From Candidatus Saccharimonadota bacterium (GTDB lineage Bacteria; Patescibacteriota; Saccharimonadia; Saccharimonadales; Saccharimonadaceae), in assembly GCA_016700015.1 (NCBI GenBank), contig CP064995.1, forward strand, positions 840,001 through 872,000: a stretch of DNA of 32,000 bases. Direction: 5' to 3'. The notes under the pieces were generated by a model that was not told the DNA's origin, ran no database searches, and saw nothing but the letters and a program-made list of their open reading frames with translations. Every line of letters begins with the position of its first letter. Position 1 is the stretch's first letter. The position numbers and the translations under genes were made by a program. Below, one piece after another: positions 14,670 through 23,544 of the stretch.

Positions 14670-17600
14670 ATGTGGGAACTGCGCAAACAGCTTCCGCACG
14701 GTAGAATATCCGTGCGGCGTGTTTCTCTGTTCGCCAGCCTATTGGTGCTGGCATTTTTCACGCAACTCACGCTATTTTCAAACACGGCGCTAGCGGCTGA
14801 TGTCACACGGACTGGTGACTCAGTTGCGTATGGTGGTAACACTTATGGGCTCGCAATAAATGCCGACATTCCTGCCGGACTACCCGCTGGCACTTCTGGG
14901 TACGTTTACCGTGACAGCGGGACTGGAACTGCCTCGTTTATCTTGACTAGTGGTGATGCTGCAAAAGCGACCACTGGTCAATATGTCGTTTATCCGCTCA
15001 ATCCCGATGGCTCATTGGCCGGCGCACCAAGGGCACCTCCTGTAAGTGTTTCAATTGCCGATACTGCACCAAATTCGCTCGCAAGCACCACCAAAGGGGC
15101 ATCGAGCTGTGACGGCTCTCTTACTGGCGGAGCTGGTTGGATTATTTGTCCAGTCACTAACTTCTTGGCGAATCGTATGGATGACCTCTATAAGATCCTG
15201 ACTAGCTTCCTTGAGGTTCGCCCCGTCCAGTCCAACCCGAACAGCTCACTTTACCGCATGTGGGCAATCGTTCGTGATATTGCCAATATCTGCTTTGTGA
15301 TTGTGTTCCTCGTCATCGTCTACTCGCAAGTCACCAGCATGGGAATTAGCAACTACAATCTCAAGCGTATGCTGCCGCGACTTATTATTGGTGCAATTCT
15401 TGTGAATACCTCATTTTGGATTGTTGCACTAGGCGTTGATCTCTCAAACATTCTTGGCTACTCTGTTTACGATCTCATGATGGGGGTCCAGCGTAGTCTG
15501 GCGGGTGCAGGGCAATACAATACCACAGTACCAACCTGGCAGGTTATTACTGCGTATGTTCTCTCGGGTGGCGGGGCGGCTGTCGGCCTTACTGCTGCGG
15601 TGATTGGTGCTGGCGGTTTTGGTGCCGCGCTAACACTACTCATTCCCACCATTTTGATGGTATTCCTCGGTGCGCTCGCGGCCGTAGCTATATTGGCGGC
15701 ACGACAGGCACTCATTACCGTCTGTATCATCATCGCCCCGCTAGCATTTGTGGCCTATGTACTCCCAAGCACCGAAAAGTGGTTCGGGAAATGGAAAGAT
15801 CTTCTGACCACCATGCTAGTCATGTTCCCTATGTTTTCACTTATATTTGCCGGTGCTCAGCTAGCCGGCCTTGCCATTATTCAAAACGCCACCTCAATCG
15901 TGCAAGTAATTATCGGCATGGCGGTACAGGTCGCCCCTGTCGTGGTGACACCGATGCTTATCAAGCTTAGTGGCTCACTACTTGGCAAAATTGCTGGTAT
16001 TATCAACAACCCCAATCGCGGACTGATTGATCGCACGCGCAACTGGTCAAAAGACCGTGCTGCACTGCACGCTGCTCGCGTACGCGCAGGGCAAGAGCGT
16101 ACTAGGGTATTCAACCGTAACCCCGTCAACCGCGCCGTCCGTAGCCGTGATATGGCTCGCCGTCGCCGCGAAGGATTAAAGAGTGCTTATGAAGCCCAAG
16201 CGGCCAATGACTTTACCGAGCGCGATAATCGTCGCTACCGCAACAGCGAGCAAAGTATCGAAGCCATGACTCGCCGCACCGCTGTACGTAAACAGCAGAT
16301 CGAAAACAACTTTGGCCGCACTGCCGTGGCTCAGCGGCTTGAGTTTGATAAACGCATGACAGAAGCCGACAAGGTAGATGTCGAAAATACATTTAGCCGA
16401 ACCCACCTAGGCCATAGCGCCGAGATGCGCACACGCCACGTACACGACCAAAAGAAAGTTATCGAGGCTGAGCACGAGAACGATTACCTTGTTAGCGCCA
16501 ACGGCCGCACAAATCAGCTCGAAATTCGTCACCTTCAAGATCGTAAAAAGATTATCGACTCCGATCAGGGTTATGACTATGCAATCAGTCAGCGTGGTCG
16601 AGACAATGAACTTCATATAAGGGGTCAGGAAAATCGTGAATCTGGGCGCAAAGCCCGTGCAGACAGGCACTTTTCTGAACTGACTTCTGGTAATTCAACC
16701 GATGGCTACTATGGTGATTTTGCTACGAATGGCCACCTACAGGTCCAGGGGCAAGCGCTTTCCGCTAATCTTAAAGAGGTAAGCGTACAAGTGTCTCTCG
16801 ACAATATGGCCAAACGCAACGCCGAGTTTGCGCTGCAAAGCGACATCGCAAAAACAATCGAGAGTAGTGCGACGCACCTCAATCTCGGCGGCATGACTGC
16901 TCGGGCATACGCATCGGGCGTCGCCGGCACACAGGGCGAAGCCTCAGCACTTGCAAGCGCCAGGTCGACTGCCCGTGAGCAATTTGGTAAATTCAGCGCC
17001 GAGTACGAAGAGCTGCGCAATCAGTACATGCCACCAATCGGTGATGTTAAAGAATTTTTGCGCGGCAACCAGAATCTCCAATTCAAAGACGAGAGCGGCA
17101 ACGTGGTGCTCGAAGTTGACGGCAGCAACATGTATGCGGTCAATGCCATGGTCAAGCATATTACTAGTGTTGGTATTGTCGACGAAGTTGATGAGATGAT
17201 TAAACTATCCGGTAAGGGTCAGCCCCTTCATGACTACCGCGAAACAATCGCCGATGTACTGGCCCAGAAGGGCTATGGCGGCCGCAGTATCTACGAAGGT
17301 GGGCAGGTTATTGAGCGAGTTCGACAGGGCGAAATATCATCAGAAACCGACCTGCTTGAGCATATTCAAGAACAGACCGCAAAGGGTAAGGTTTCGCCTG
17401 CCGACCTCGCTACGATGGACGCCGTCGCAATTGGACGCTTTATCAGCTCTATCAAGCACAACCGTCGAGCCGGCAGCACCAATGACGCCGGTATAGCCGT
17501 AAACGACCTTGGTCCCACCTATCTCGAAGAGGTGGCGAAGTTAGTCGAGAGCGCCCACGATGCCCTGACCGATGATCGTCTAAAGGGTACGGTAAAGGGC

Positions 17601-17720
17601 AACGCCAAGATACAGCTCTACAAACTTGAGCACGCCTACCGTACGCTACCAAAGAACACTCTGGGCGATATTGATCTAAGTGGTCTCAGCCTCCACCAAA
17701 TCCAGAGCCTGTTGCCATAG
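14670..17720 (+). CDS. Giant VirB6/TrbL-like polytopic membrane protein, paralog A (1016 aa)
   Basis: Signal peptide, a ~150-aa ectodomain, the GWIICPV motif (15135-15155), and about 6 TM helices (residues ~195-440). The ~575-aa C-terminal extension is basic and holds tandem ~30-aa repeats. The TM core is strongly similar to the 18792..21602 product. The VirB6 assignment rests on topology and context, not on a recognised signature. A GTG start near 14712 is an alternative. Confidence 0.6.
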   Translation: MWELRKQLPHGRISVRRVSLFASLLVLAFFTQLTLFSNTALAADVTRTGDSVAYGGNTYGLAINADIPAGLPAGTSGYVYRDSGTGTASFILTSGDAAKATTGQYVVYPLNPDGSLAGAPRAPPVSVSIADTAPNSLASTTKGASSCDGSLTGGAGWIICPVTNFLANRMDDLYKILTSFLEVRPVQSNPNSSLYRMWAIVRDIANICFVIVFLVIVYSQVTSMGISNYNLKRMLPRLIIGAILVNTSFWIVALGVDLSNILGYSVYDLMMGVQRSLAGAGQYNTTVPTWQVITAYVLSGGGAAVGLTAAVIGAGGFGAALTLLIPTILMVFLGALAAVAILAARQALITVCIIIAPLAFVAYVLPSTEKWFGKWKDLLTTMLVMFPMFSLIFAGAQLAGLAIIQNATSIVQVIIGMAVQVAPVVVTPMLIKLSGSLLGKIAGIINNPNRGLIDRTRNWSKDRAALHAARVRAGQERTRVFNRNPVNRAVRSRDMARRRREGLKSAYEAQAANDFTERDNRRYRNSEQSIEAMTRRTAVRKQQIENNFGRTAVAQRLEFDKRMTEADKVDVENTFSRTHLGHSAEMRTRHVHDQKKVIEAEHENDYLVSANGRTNQLEIRHLQDRKKIIDSDQGYDYAISQRGRDNELHIRGQENRESGRKARADRHFSELTSGNSTDGYYGDFATNGHLQVQGQALSANLKEVSVQVSLDNMAKRNAEFALQSDIAKTIESSATHLNLGGMTARAYASGVAGTQGEASALASARSTAREQFGKFSAEYEELRNQYMPPIGDVKEFLRGNQNLQFKDESGNVVLEVDGSNMYAVNAMVKHITSVGIVDEVDEMIKLSGKGQPLHDYRETIADVLAQKGYGGRSIYEGGQVIERVRQGEISSETDLLEHIQEQTAKGKVSPADLATMDAVAIGRFISSIKHNRRAGSTNDAGIAVNDLGPTYLEEVAKLVESAHDALTDDRLKGTVKGNAKIQLYKLEHAYRTLPKNTLGDIDLSGLSLHQIQSLLP
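16182..16679 (+). repeat. Five to six degenerate tandem ~30-aa repeats inside the paralog A C-terminal extension
   Basis: Protein-level periodicity, for example GHSAEMRTRHVHDQKKVIEAEHENDYLVSAN / GRTNQLEIRHLQDRKKIIDSDQGYDYAISQR / GRDNELHIRGQENRESGRKARADRHFSELTS. Weaker copies precede them (EQSIEAMTRRTAVRKQQIENNFGRTAVAQ, RLEFDKRMTEADKVDVENTFSRTHL). Confidence 0.55.
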
Positions 17721-17726
17721 GCGCTA

Positions 17727-17755
17727 TTGACAAATATAACCATATGGTGTATAAT
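17727..17755 (+). promoter_or_regulatory. Perfect consensus sigma70 promoter TTGACA-17-TATAAT
   Basis: TTGACA (17727-17732), exactly 17 nt, and TATAAT (17750-17755) preceded by TG. It lies between the paralog A stop and the lipoprotein gene. Confidence 0.75.
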
Positions 17756-17847
17756 GAAATTATAACCATACTCGTGTAGTAAATTACAAAGGAGAATGCA
17801 TAATTATTATGGTAAAACGTGATCCATCACCACGAAAAGGTAACTTT

Positions 17848-18720
17848 ATGAGTCGCCGCGGCTTCTTAGAGGTAGGCACACTCCTCGGCATTACGGCACT
17901 CGTATCTGCCTGTAGTCCCTCGGGCGATAAACAAGGCCCAACCCCAGCGCCAACAACCAGCTCAGCTGATAAAACTCCTGGAACAACCTCTGTGGCTACA
18001 GAATCAGGAACAAAGACTCCTGAAACAGGTGCTCGTGCAGTTCGCAATGCGACGATAGACAAGCTTGAACATAGCGACCTCTACGCTTCACTTAGTCCCG
18101 AAATGAAAAATAAATTCCAGTATCTTCACGATATGGATCTTACTCACTTTGAGCAGCAGCCCCTACAAGATCGCCTAGCCTATGCTCAGTTTGTGTACGA
18201 TACATACCATGACATGATGAAAGCGCAGGTCATTGCGCGTAAGGGCACCTGGGAAGAACATAGTACTAACCCTGATTCATGGTACGAACCAACCATTCCT
18301 TCCGCAGATGATACCGCCAAGAAAATAGTGGTTCAGCATTCCGACACGATGGCAACGTGTGTCTATGCAATCGCTCAAGCAAGTAATGGTCCTTCCAGCC
18401 CAAGGGTTGAATCCAAAGTTCTAGACGCTCAAAAATGTTCCGTACTCTTCAATGCAGACCCATCTATGCCTCAATACCGCAGATTTGTTAATGAAATCGC
18501 TAGCCAGGCAGATGTTACTAAAGATAATGATGGCTACATCGCACTCTCACCTGATGATGGTTTCAAAACCGCCAAAGTCGTTAGTGGTATGCCAACGATG
18601 GAAGTCCGGATGGACTACCTTGCTGCAGGCACTACTGCAACACACAGGAAAGTTTTCTTCGAATTTACTGACCTGCTTGGTGCCAAGCGCGGCACATGGT
18701 CAAGTACTAAAATCGTATAG
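17848..18720 (+). CDS. Lipoprotein with a twin-arginine-type signal peptide, function unknown
   Basis: MSRRGFLEVGTLLGITALVSAC has a SRRxFL Tat motif and a lipobox Cys at residue 22 (17911-17913), followed by a Pro/Thr/Ser linker and a ~220-aa domain. The start is taken at 17848 (AAAAGG 7 nt upstream) rather than 17809. Confidence 0.65.
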   Translation: MSRRGFLEVGTLLGITALVSACSPSGDKQGPTPAPTTSSADKTPGTTSVATESGTKTPETGARAVRNATIDKLEHSDLYASLSPEMKNKFQYLHDMDLTHFEQQPLQDRLAYAQFVYDTYHDMMKAQVIARKGTWEEHSTNPDSWYEPTIPSADDTAKKIVVQHSDTMATCVYAIAQASNGPSSPRVESKVLDAQKCSVLFNADPSMPQYRRFVNEIASQADVTKDNDGYIALSPDDGFKTAKVVSGMPTMEVRMDYLAAGTTATHRKVFFEFTDLLGAKRGTWSSTKIV

Positions 18721-18737
18721 TTAGTCATCCATGTAAT

Positions 18738-18773
18738 AAAGCGACTGCTCAACAGAGTGGTCACTTTATTTTT
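18738..18773 (+). terminator. Rho-independent terminator after the lipoprotein gene
   Basis: AAAGCGACTGCTC (18738-18750), loop AACA, GAGTGGTCACTTT (18755-18767). There is one mismatch and two G-U pairs, and ATTTTT follows. Confidence 0.65.
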
Positions 18774-18791
18774 ACGGCATTCTGGTGTTAA

Positions 18792-21602
18792 ATGATAAAC
18801 GTAAGTATGATAGGTATTCGACTGCGAGCATGGGCATTAGCCGTAATACTTGTTGCATCAATTGTAGCTGGTCTGTTGAATAGTACATCGGTTTCGGCAG
18901 CAGGCGAGAAATACCAGTATGACCTGTTAGAGCGAAGCAAAGCATACGTTTGGGGAAGCTGGTTAGTAGCTTGCTATACAGGTATGTCGGGGTTTGATAT
19001 GAGCTCTAGTGGCGCAGGAGATGGTACGATTTATGCAAAACTTACCGGTAAGTCATTCAATCTAAACCCTATCCTCAGCCCCGATATCATAACGCCAAAC
19101 TGTAACGATAGCAACAAGATCAAGCAAGCACTCGACTATTTTGGCATCAGCACTTACGACTTTATCTGTGATATCCTCGGTGGTCAGCGCCACAACGGAG
19201 CTGACTGTAAAGACACGGGCAGTACTGCAGACTGGACAATACCTACACCTGATGGGACTAAGGTAAAAAATGGAATGGTATCAAAAGTTGGCTTTGATGT
19301 GTTTAACGTAATTGATGCGCAGCGTTATGTGTTTTTCCGTCAAACGTTTATTGCTGGCTGCGAGGTAAAAGATCCTGCCGGCACAGCTTTGAGTGCAATT
19401 ACCAACCCCAGCGACGCCGCCGTTGGAGATTTGCGCTACCAAATAAAATCTCCAAATGCCGATGCAAGCGCACTTGAACCATATGTTTTTAATACAGGCA
19501 AGGGTGGTAAGGTAAATATATCGTTTGTTGCAAAGACCAATCCAGTAGGGTTTAGTAGTGAGTATAATTGTGAGACCTTGGCTAAGAATGCCAATGACTA
19601 CGCCGATGCGTATCTTAAGTTTTTAAAAACATTACCTACTTGTGATAATCAATATCAGAGAGATGGTGTAGACGTAATCGCCGCTTGTCAGTACGGATTC
19701 AGCCAAAAAGGTTCAGGCGACCCCATCCAAATATGTGCCACTAAGTATCCGGCCCCAGATGGTCCTGGCGGTCCCAGCTATAGCCGTGATCCGCGACAAA
19801 AAGCATTTTATGATGCTTGTTATTGGGGAGCAACGAGTGCTTATGCGGCCAGCCTTAGTGGTGCTGTGACGCTACAAGATGGCGCGAAGGGTAATCAGGG
19901 CAATGTAGCTGCTAAGTCAACCTGCGGTATCACCGGTGTCGGCTGGATTATTTGCCCTGTTATGACATTTCTTTCGGAAGTAATGGACAACACCTTCAAG
20001 TTCCTCGCCGATAGTTTCTTGTCGACAGACCCAGAGGTGTTTAAAATTGGTTCGCCCACGCAAAAAGCCTGGTCAATATTTCTAAGCTACGCCAATGTTG
20101 GTTTTGTCATTGCTTTTATGATTATTATTTATTCGCAGATCACAAGTGCCGGTATTAGCAATTACGGTATCAAGAAAATGCTGCCAAAACTAATTGTTAG
20201 TGCAATATTGGTCAATATTTCGTATTATTTATGCCAAGCGGCGATCGATCTGAGTAATGTGCTTGGCTATAGTATTATGAATTTATTTAGTGCTATTGCA
20301 AAAGACCCGTCAATCGCTAGTTCGACTGCTGCTACGCTTAACTGGAATGGTACAATTACCGCTATTTTGGCTGGTGGTGCTGCCATAGGATTGCTCGTTG
20401 CTGTCGGCGGTACATTTTTACTGGCAGCACTTTTAGCTGCCGCAACAGTGGTACTTATTTTACTGGCGCGCAAGGCACTTCTTATTTTGCTTGTTGTGCT
20501 GGCGCCGCTAGCGTTTGTCGCCTATTTATTACCAAACACTTCGAGCTTATTCACAAAATGGCGCAAAATGTTCACTTCGCTACTGCTTGTTTTTCCGATC
20601 GTCGCCTTACTGTTTGGTGCTAGCAAGCTTGCAGCTGCAATTATATCTTCGTCCGACCCAAGCAATACTGTGGCTCAGCTGATGGCGCTCGCCATAGCCG
20701 TGATTCCGTTGTTTGCAGTAGTGCCACTTCTTAAAGGCGCAGTGAATGCCATTCCGGTAGTTGGTAGCAAATTGCAGGGCTGGGGAAACAAGGCAACTGG
20801 ACGAGCTAGTGCTGCCGGGAAAAAGGGGCTGGGTGATGCCTATCAAAACTCAACGCTCGGTCGCTATAACAAATATAAAGCTGGGGAAAAATCAAAACGA
20901 AACTCTCTAATACAGGCCGGGGTCTATAAAGGGAAGGGTGGTGTATTCAACCCCCGCAATCTACGCTCTAAATCCAGGAATCGATTTAATAACTCTTGGG
21001 TAAGTGGTGGTTTCGGTGACAAAACTGCTGCTGCAGGAGCGGCGGCGGCAAGCAAAATCGAGCAAGAAGAGGTTGATAACGAAGTAACAAAAATGGGTAA
21101 GAGCTTTAATGGTCCAGATCAAGAGCTCAAGGAGGCTACCGATGCTTACAATGCGGCGCTTCATTCGGGAGATGTAGTGCGTGCACGTGCAGCACAAAAA
21201 ATATTGCTTAGTAAGGGGTCTGCGGGCGTACAGGCAATCCGGGATGTTGTAGGTGGAAAGAAAGACTCAGCAGGCAACGAAATATACAAAGGACTAAGTG
21301 GTATAAAGAATGGTGCCGTCTCATACGCTCGAAGCGACCTAGCTTCTGCTGGCATAAAAGGGAAAGATGCTGGCTTAAATACCTGGAGCTACGACGATAA
21401 GAATCGAGATCTGGCAGATGTTGATGCTAGTGCCAGTACGTATACTGGGCTTACCGATAGTGAACTTGCCGGCCAAAGTGCAGCTGTTCTACGAGCAGCG
21501 GTGGCCGCAGGGCACATTGACCGTGCGCGCCGAGATGCAATGCTTGCAAACCAAACAATTGAGGCGCAGTTGTCTGAAGACAAGAAGGCCATACTACGAT
21601 AA
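18792..21602 (+). CDS. Giant VirB6/TrbL-like polytopic membrane protein, paralog B (936 aa)
   Basis: Signal peptide and a ~380-aa ectodomain with 12 Cys. GWIICPV motif at 19941-19961. The TM core is collinear with paralog A (MLPKLIVSAILVNISYY...IDLSNVLGYS, LAPLAFVAYLLPNT). The C-terminal extension is Lys/Gly/Ala-rich. An alternative start is the ATG at 18807. Confidence 0.6.
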   Translation: MINVSMIGIRLRAWALAVILVASIVAGLLNSTSVSAAGEKYQYDLLERSKAYVWGSWLVACYTGMSGFDMSSSGAGDGTIYAKLTGKSFNLNPILSPDIITPNCNDSNKIKQALDYFGISTYDFICDILGGQRHNGADCKDTGSTADWTIPTPDGTKVKNGMVSKVGFDVFNVIDAQRYVFFRQTFIAGCEVKDPAGTALSAITNPSDAAVGDLRYQIKSPNADASALEPYVFNTGKGGKVNISFVAKTNPVGFSSEYNCETLAKNANDYADAYLKFLKTLPTCDNQYQRDGVDVIAACQYGFSQKGSGDPIQICATKYPAPDGPGGPSYSRDPRQKAFYDACYWGATSAYAASLSGAVTLQDGAKGNQGNVAAKSTCGITGVGWIICPVMTFLSEVMDNTFKFLADSFLSTDPEVFKIGSPTQKAWSIFLSYANVGFVIAFMIIIYSQITSAGISNYGIKKMLPKLIVSAILVNISYYLCQAAIDLSNVLGYSIMNLFSAIAKDPSIASSTAATLNWNGTITAILAGGAAIGLLVAVGGTFLLAALLAAATVVLILLARKALLILLVVLAPLAFVAYLLPNTSSLFTKWRKMFTSLLLVFPIVALLFGASKLAAAIISSSDPSNTVAQLMALAIAVIPLFAVVPLLKGAVNAIPVVGSKLQGWGNKATGRASAAGKKGLGDAYQNSTLGRYNKYKAGEKSKRNSLIQAGVYKGKGGVFNPRNLRSKSRNRFNNSWVSGGFGDKTAAAGAAAASKIEQEEVDNEVTKMGKSFNGPDQELKEATDAYNAALHSGDVVRARAAQKILLSKGSAGVQAIRDVVGGKKDSAGNEIYKGLSGIKNGAVSYARSDLASAGIKGKDAGLNTWSYDDKNRDLADVDASASTYTGLTDSELAGQSAAVLRAAVAAGHIDRARRDAMLANQTIEAQLSEDKKAILR

Positions 21603-21620
21603 TGAGGGTGTTTATGGTAT

Positions 21621-22640
21621 ATGGCAGTCTATAAAGTAGCCCAAGACGTAGAAGCCGACGACAAGCTCATTGGCCCGTTTAGCTTTCGGCAATTTGTATA
21701 CCTGATTATTGTTGCGCTGGCGATTGCTCTTGCGTGGGGGCTCAGTCGGCTGTTCATCGGGCTTATTGTTATACCCATGCCGATTATTCTGTTTTTCGGC
21801 GCACTGGCGTTACCGCTACGCAAAGATCAGCCAATGGAGATCTATATGGCGGCCATCGTATCGTTTTATCTGAAGCCACGCAGGCGCCTGTGGATACCAG
21901 ATGGAGTTGAGTCCCTAGTTGAAATTACTGCACCAAAAGTCATCGAAGTGCAGCGTGTAAAGGACATTTCACAAACAGAGGCCGAGCGCCGGCTCGGCTA
22001 TCTGGCCGATATTGCCGATACCCAGGGATGGGCCGTGCGGCATGTGGCACAACCGGCGGGCAGTTCTATGGTAACTGACGCTTTCTACGCCGCCCAGCAG
22101 ACCGAGGACATTCTCGACGAAAGCGGCGGACTAGCTTCGAGTATCGACACTATGATGGCACACGCCGACGAGCGTCATCGCCAAGAAGTTGTCGAACGCA
22201 TGAAAAACCCAGCCCCCACTGCTCCGCAACCAGCCCCAGTTGTTGACCCTATGGCTACTACTCCCATACCCGCAACCAGTGCGATGAATGATCCGCTAGC
22301 AGCTCAGTATGCTACTAGTTTTAGTTCTCCTGTCGCTCAACAGCCCACCGCCGATGACATAGCAGCCCTTCAATACAATCCGTATCCGACAGAAATTCAC
22401 CAGATGGTTATCAATCCACTCGAACCAGCTGAGGCACTCGTAGCGTCAGCGCCAACCGTGCCCATACAACAGCCAAACAATAACACGACAAGCACTAGCG
22501 AAACTACTGTCTCACCTGATATAATTAATCTTGCAACTAATCCCGATTTATCTATCGAGACAATTTCGCGTGAAGCGGCGAGGATCCAGAAAAAAGCCGA
22601 CGAAGACGCAGGTGAAGAGGTCTTTATCTCACTCCACTAG
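21621..22640 (+). CDS. PrgI/VirB3-like small membrane component with a long Pro/Ala/Thr-rich tail
   Basis: The N-terminus VAQDVEADDKLIGPFSFRQFVYLIIVALAIALAWGL..., followed by a second TM helix, is the PrgI-family layout. The gene sits immediately upstream of VirB4, as in Gram-positive T4SS loci. Confidence 0.6.
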   Translation: MAVYKVAQDVEADDKLIGPFSFRQFVYLIIVALAIALAWGLSRLFIGLIVIPMPIILFFGALALPLRKDQPMEIYMAAIVSFYLKPRRRLWIPDGVESLVEITAPKVIEVQRVKDISQTEAERRLGYLADIADTQGWAVRHVAQPAGSSMVTDAFYAAQQTEDILDESGGLASSIDTMMAHADERHRQEVVERMKNPAPTAPQPAPVVDPMATTPIPATSAMNDPLAAQYATSFSSPVAQQPTADDIAALQYNPYPTEIHQMVINPLEPAEALVASAPTVPIQQPNNNTTSTSETTVSPDIINLATNPDLSIETISREAARIQKKADEDAGEEVFISLH

Positions 22641-22673
22641 TTTCGACGATAGGTTGGCATAAGGGAGTGGGGA

Positions 22674-23543
22674 GTGCCACCAAACAATCAAATGCCTGTT
22701 AATCAGCCACCGCAAGTTCCAGCGCCCGCCGCTGGTGGTTTTGGTGGGGCTACAGCAACGAGTCCCGACGCCAAACAGCCCGAGAAAAAGGCTGCTAGTA
22801 CACAGAATAGTCTGTTATTGTCTGAGCTTCGTGACGGTATGATTATTATGGCCGACGGAACATTCCGAGCGGTAATCGCCTGTAAATCGATTAACTTCGA
22901 TCTTATGAGTAGTCGCGAACGCGAAGGTGTAGAATTTAGTTACCAGAACTTCTTGAACGCTTTGTATTTCCCAATCCAAATTTTCATCCGGAGTCAGCGC
23001 GTCGATATTGGCCCGTATCTTGATCGGCTCGAAGAAATCCGTCGCAACCAAGATAATATGTTGCTCAATGTCCTGATGGATGACTATATTCAGTTTATCG
23101 ACGTACTGTCGCAAGAAGCCAATATTATGGATAAAAGTTTTTTCATTGTCGTACCATATTTTCCGGCCGGTGACGTGAACAATGTTGTCGACCAAGGGAA
23201 GGGATTCTTTAGTAAAATCTTGGGGGGTGGAACACGGCAAACGCAAGTGACCCGTATCGACAAAGTGACGTATGAGAAGGCAAAAGAAGAAATTCGCAAC
23301 CGTGTCGATAGTGTGATCAGTGGGCTCACTCAGGTTGGTGTGCAGGCAGTGCAGTTGACTACCAAAGAGCTCGGCGAGCTGTATTATAATGTGTATAACC
23401 CTGATACCGCGGTGCGCGAACCACTTGGCGACTTTGACAGTATCACGAGTACCTATGTTCGCAAAGGTGGAGCACCACTAGCAGCACCAACAGCTGCACC
23501 CGCAACCCCCATACTACCGCCAGCGCAAACGGGGGGACAGTAA
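22674..23543 (+). CDS. VirB4 N-terminal domain encoded as a separate ORF
   Basis: GTG start after GGGAG. After a Pro-rich leader comes the block LRDGMIIMADGTFRAVIACKSINFDLMSSREREGVEFSYQNFLNALYFPIQIFIRSQ. This block resembles the extreme N-terminus of single-chain Gram-positive VirB4 proteins (Tn916 Orf16/TcpF/PrgJ type), as recalled from family knowledge. Confidence 0.65.
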   Translation: MPPNNQMPVNQPPQVPAPAAGGFGGATATSPDAKQPEKKAASTQNSLLLSELRDGMIIMADGTFRAVIACKSINFDLMSSREREGVEFSYQNFLNALYFPIQIFIRSQRVDIGPYLDRLEEIRRNQDNMLLNVLMDDYIQFIDVLSQEANIMDKSFFIVVPYFPAGDVNNVVDQGKGFFSKILGGGTRQTQVTRIDKVTYEKAKEEIRNRVDSVISGLTQVGVQAVQLTTKELGELYYNVYNPDTAVREPLGDFDSITSTYVRKGGAPLAAPTAAPATPILPPAQTGGQ

Positions 23544-23544
23544 T

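Noticed and set aside
67-14699. N-terminal extensions offered by the ORF track (1137 FemX, 1225 valS, 5226 HIT, 7069, 10580 GT-C, 11489 hsp20, 14699 P7, 28097 hydrolase)
   Set aside because: The extensions overlap promoters, -10 boxes or the upstream gene, add non-homologous residues, or use TTG/GTG where a downstream ATG has proper SD or promoter spacing. Shorter starts were adopted, though none is experimentally verified.
14155-14793. 212-aa plus-strand ORF across the P7 pilin gene and the divergent promoter region
   Set aside because: It is antisense to a well-supported pilin paralog. Its low-complexity VVVAGVVVGVV stretch is just the mirror of the Thr/Pro codons. It also runs through the TTGACT/TAGTAT promoter and into the next gene, so it is a shadow ORF.
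22815-23329. Antisense ORFs of 143 and 79 aa within the VirB4 N-terminal gene; similar ones at 26263-26574 and 28523-28975
   Set aside because: They are fully nested opposite strongly supported genes, with no start context and no recognisable motifs.
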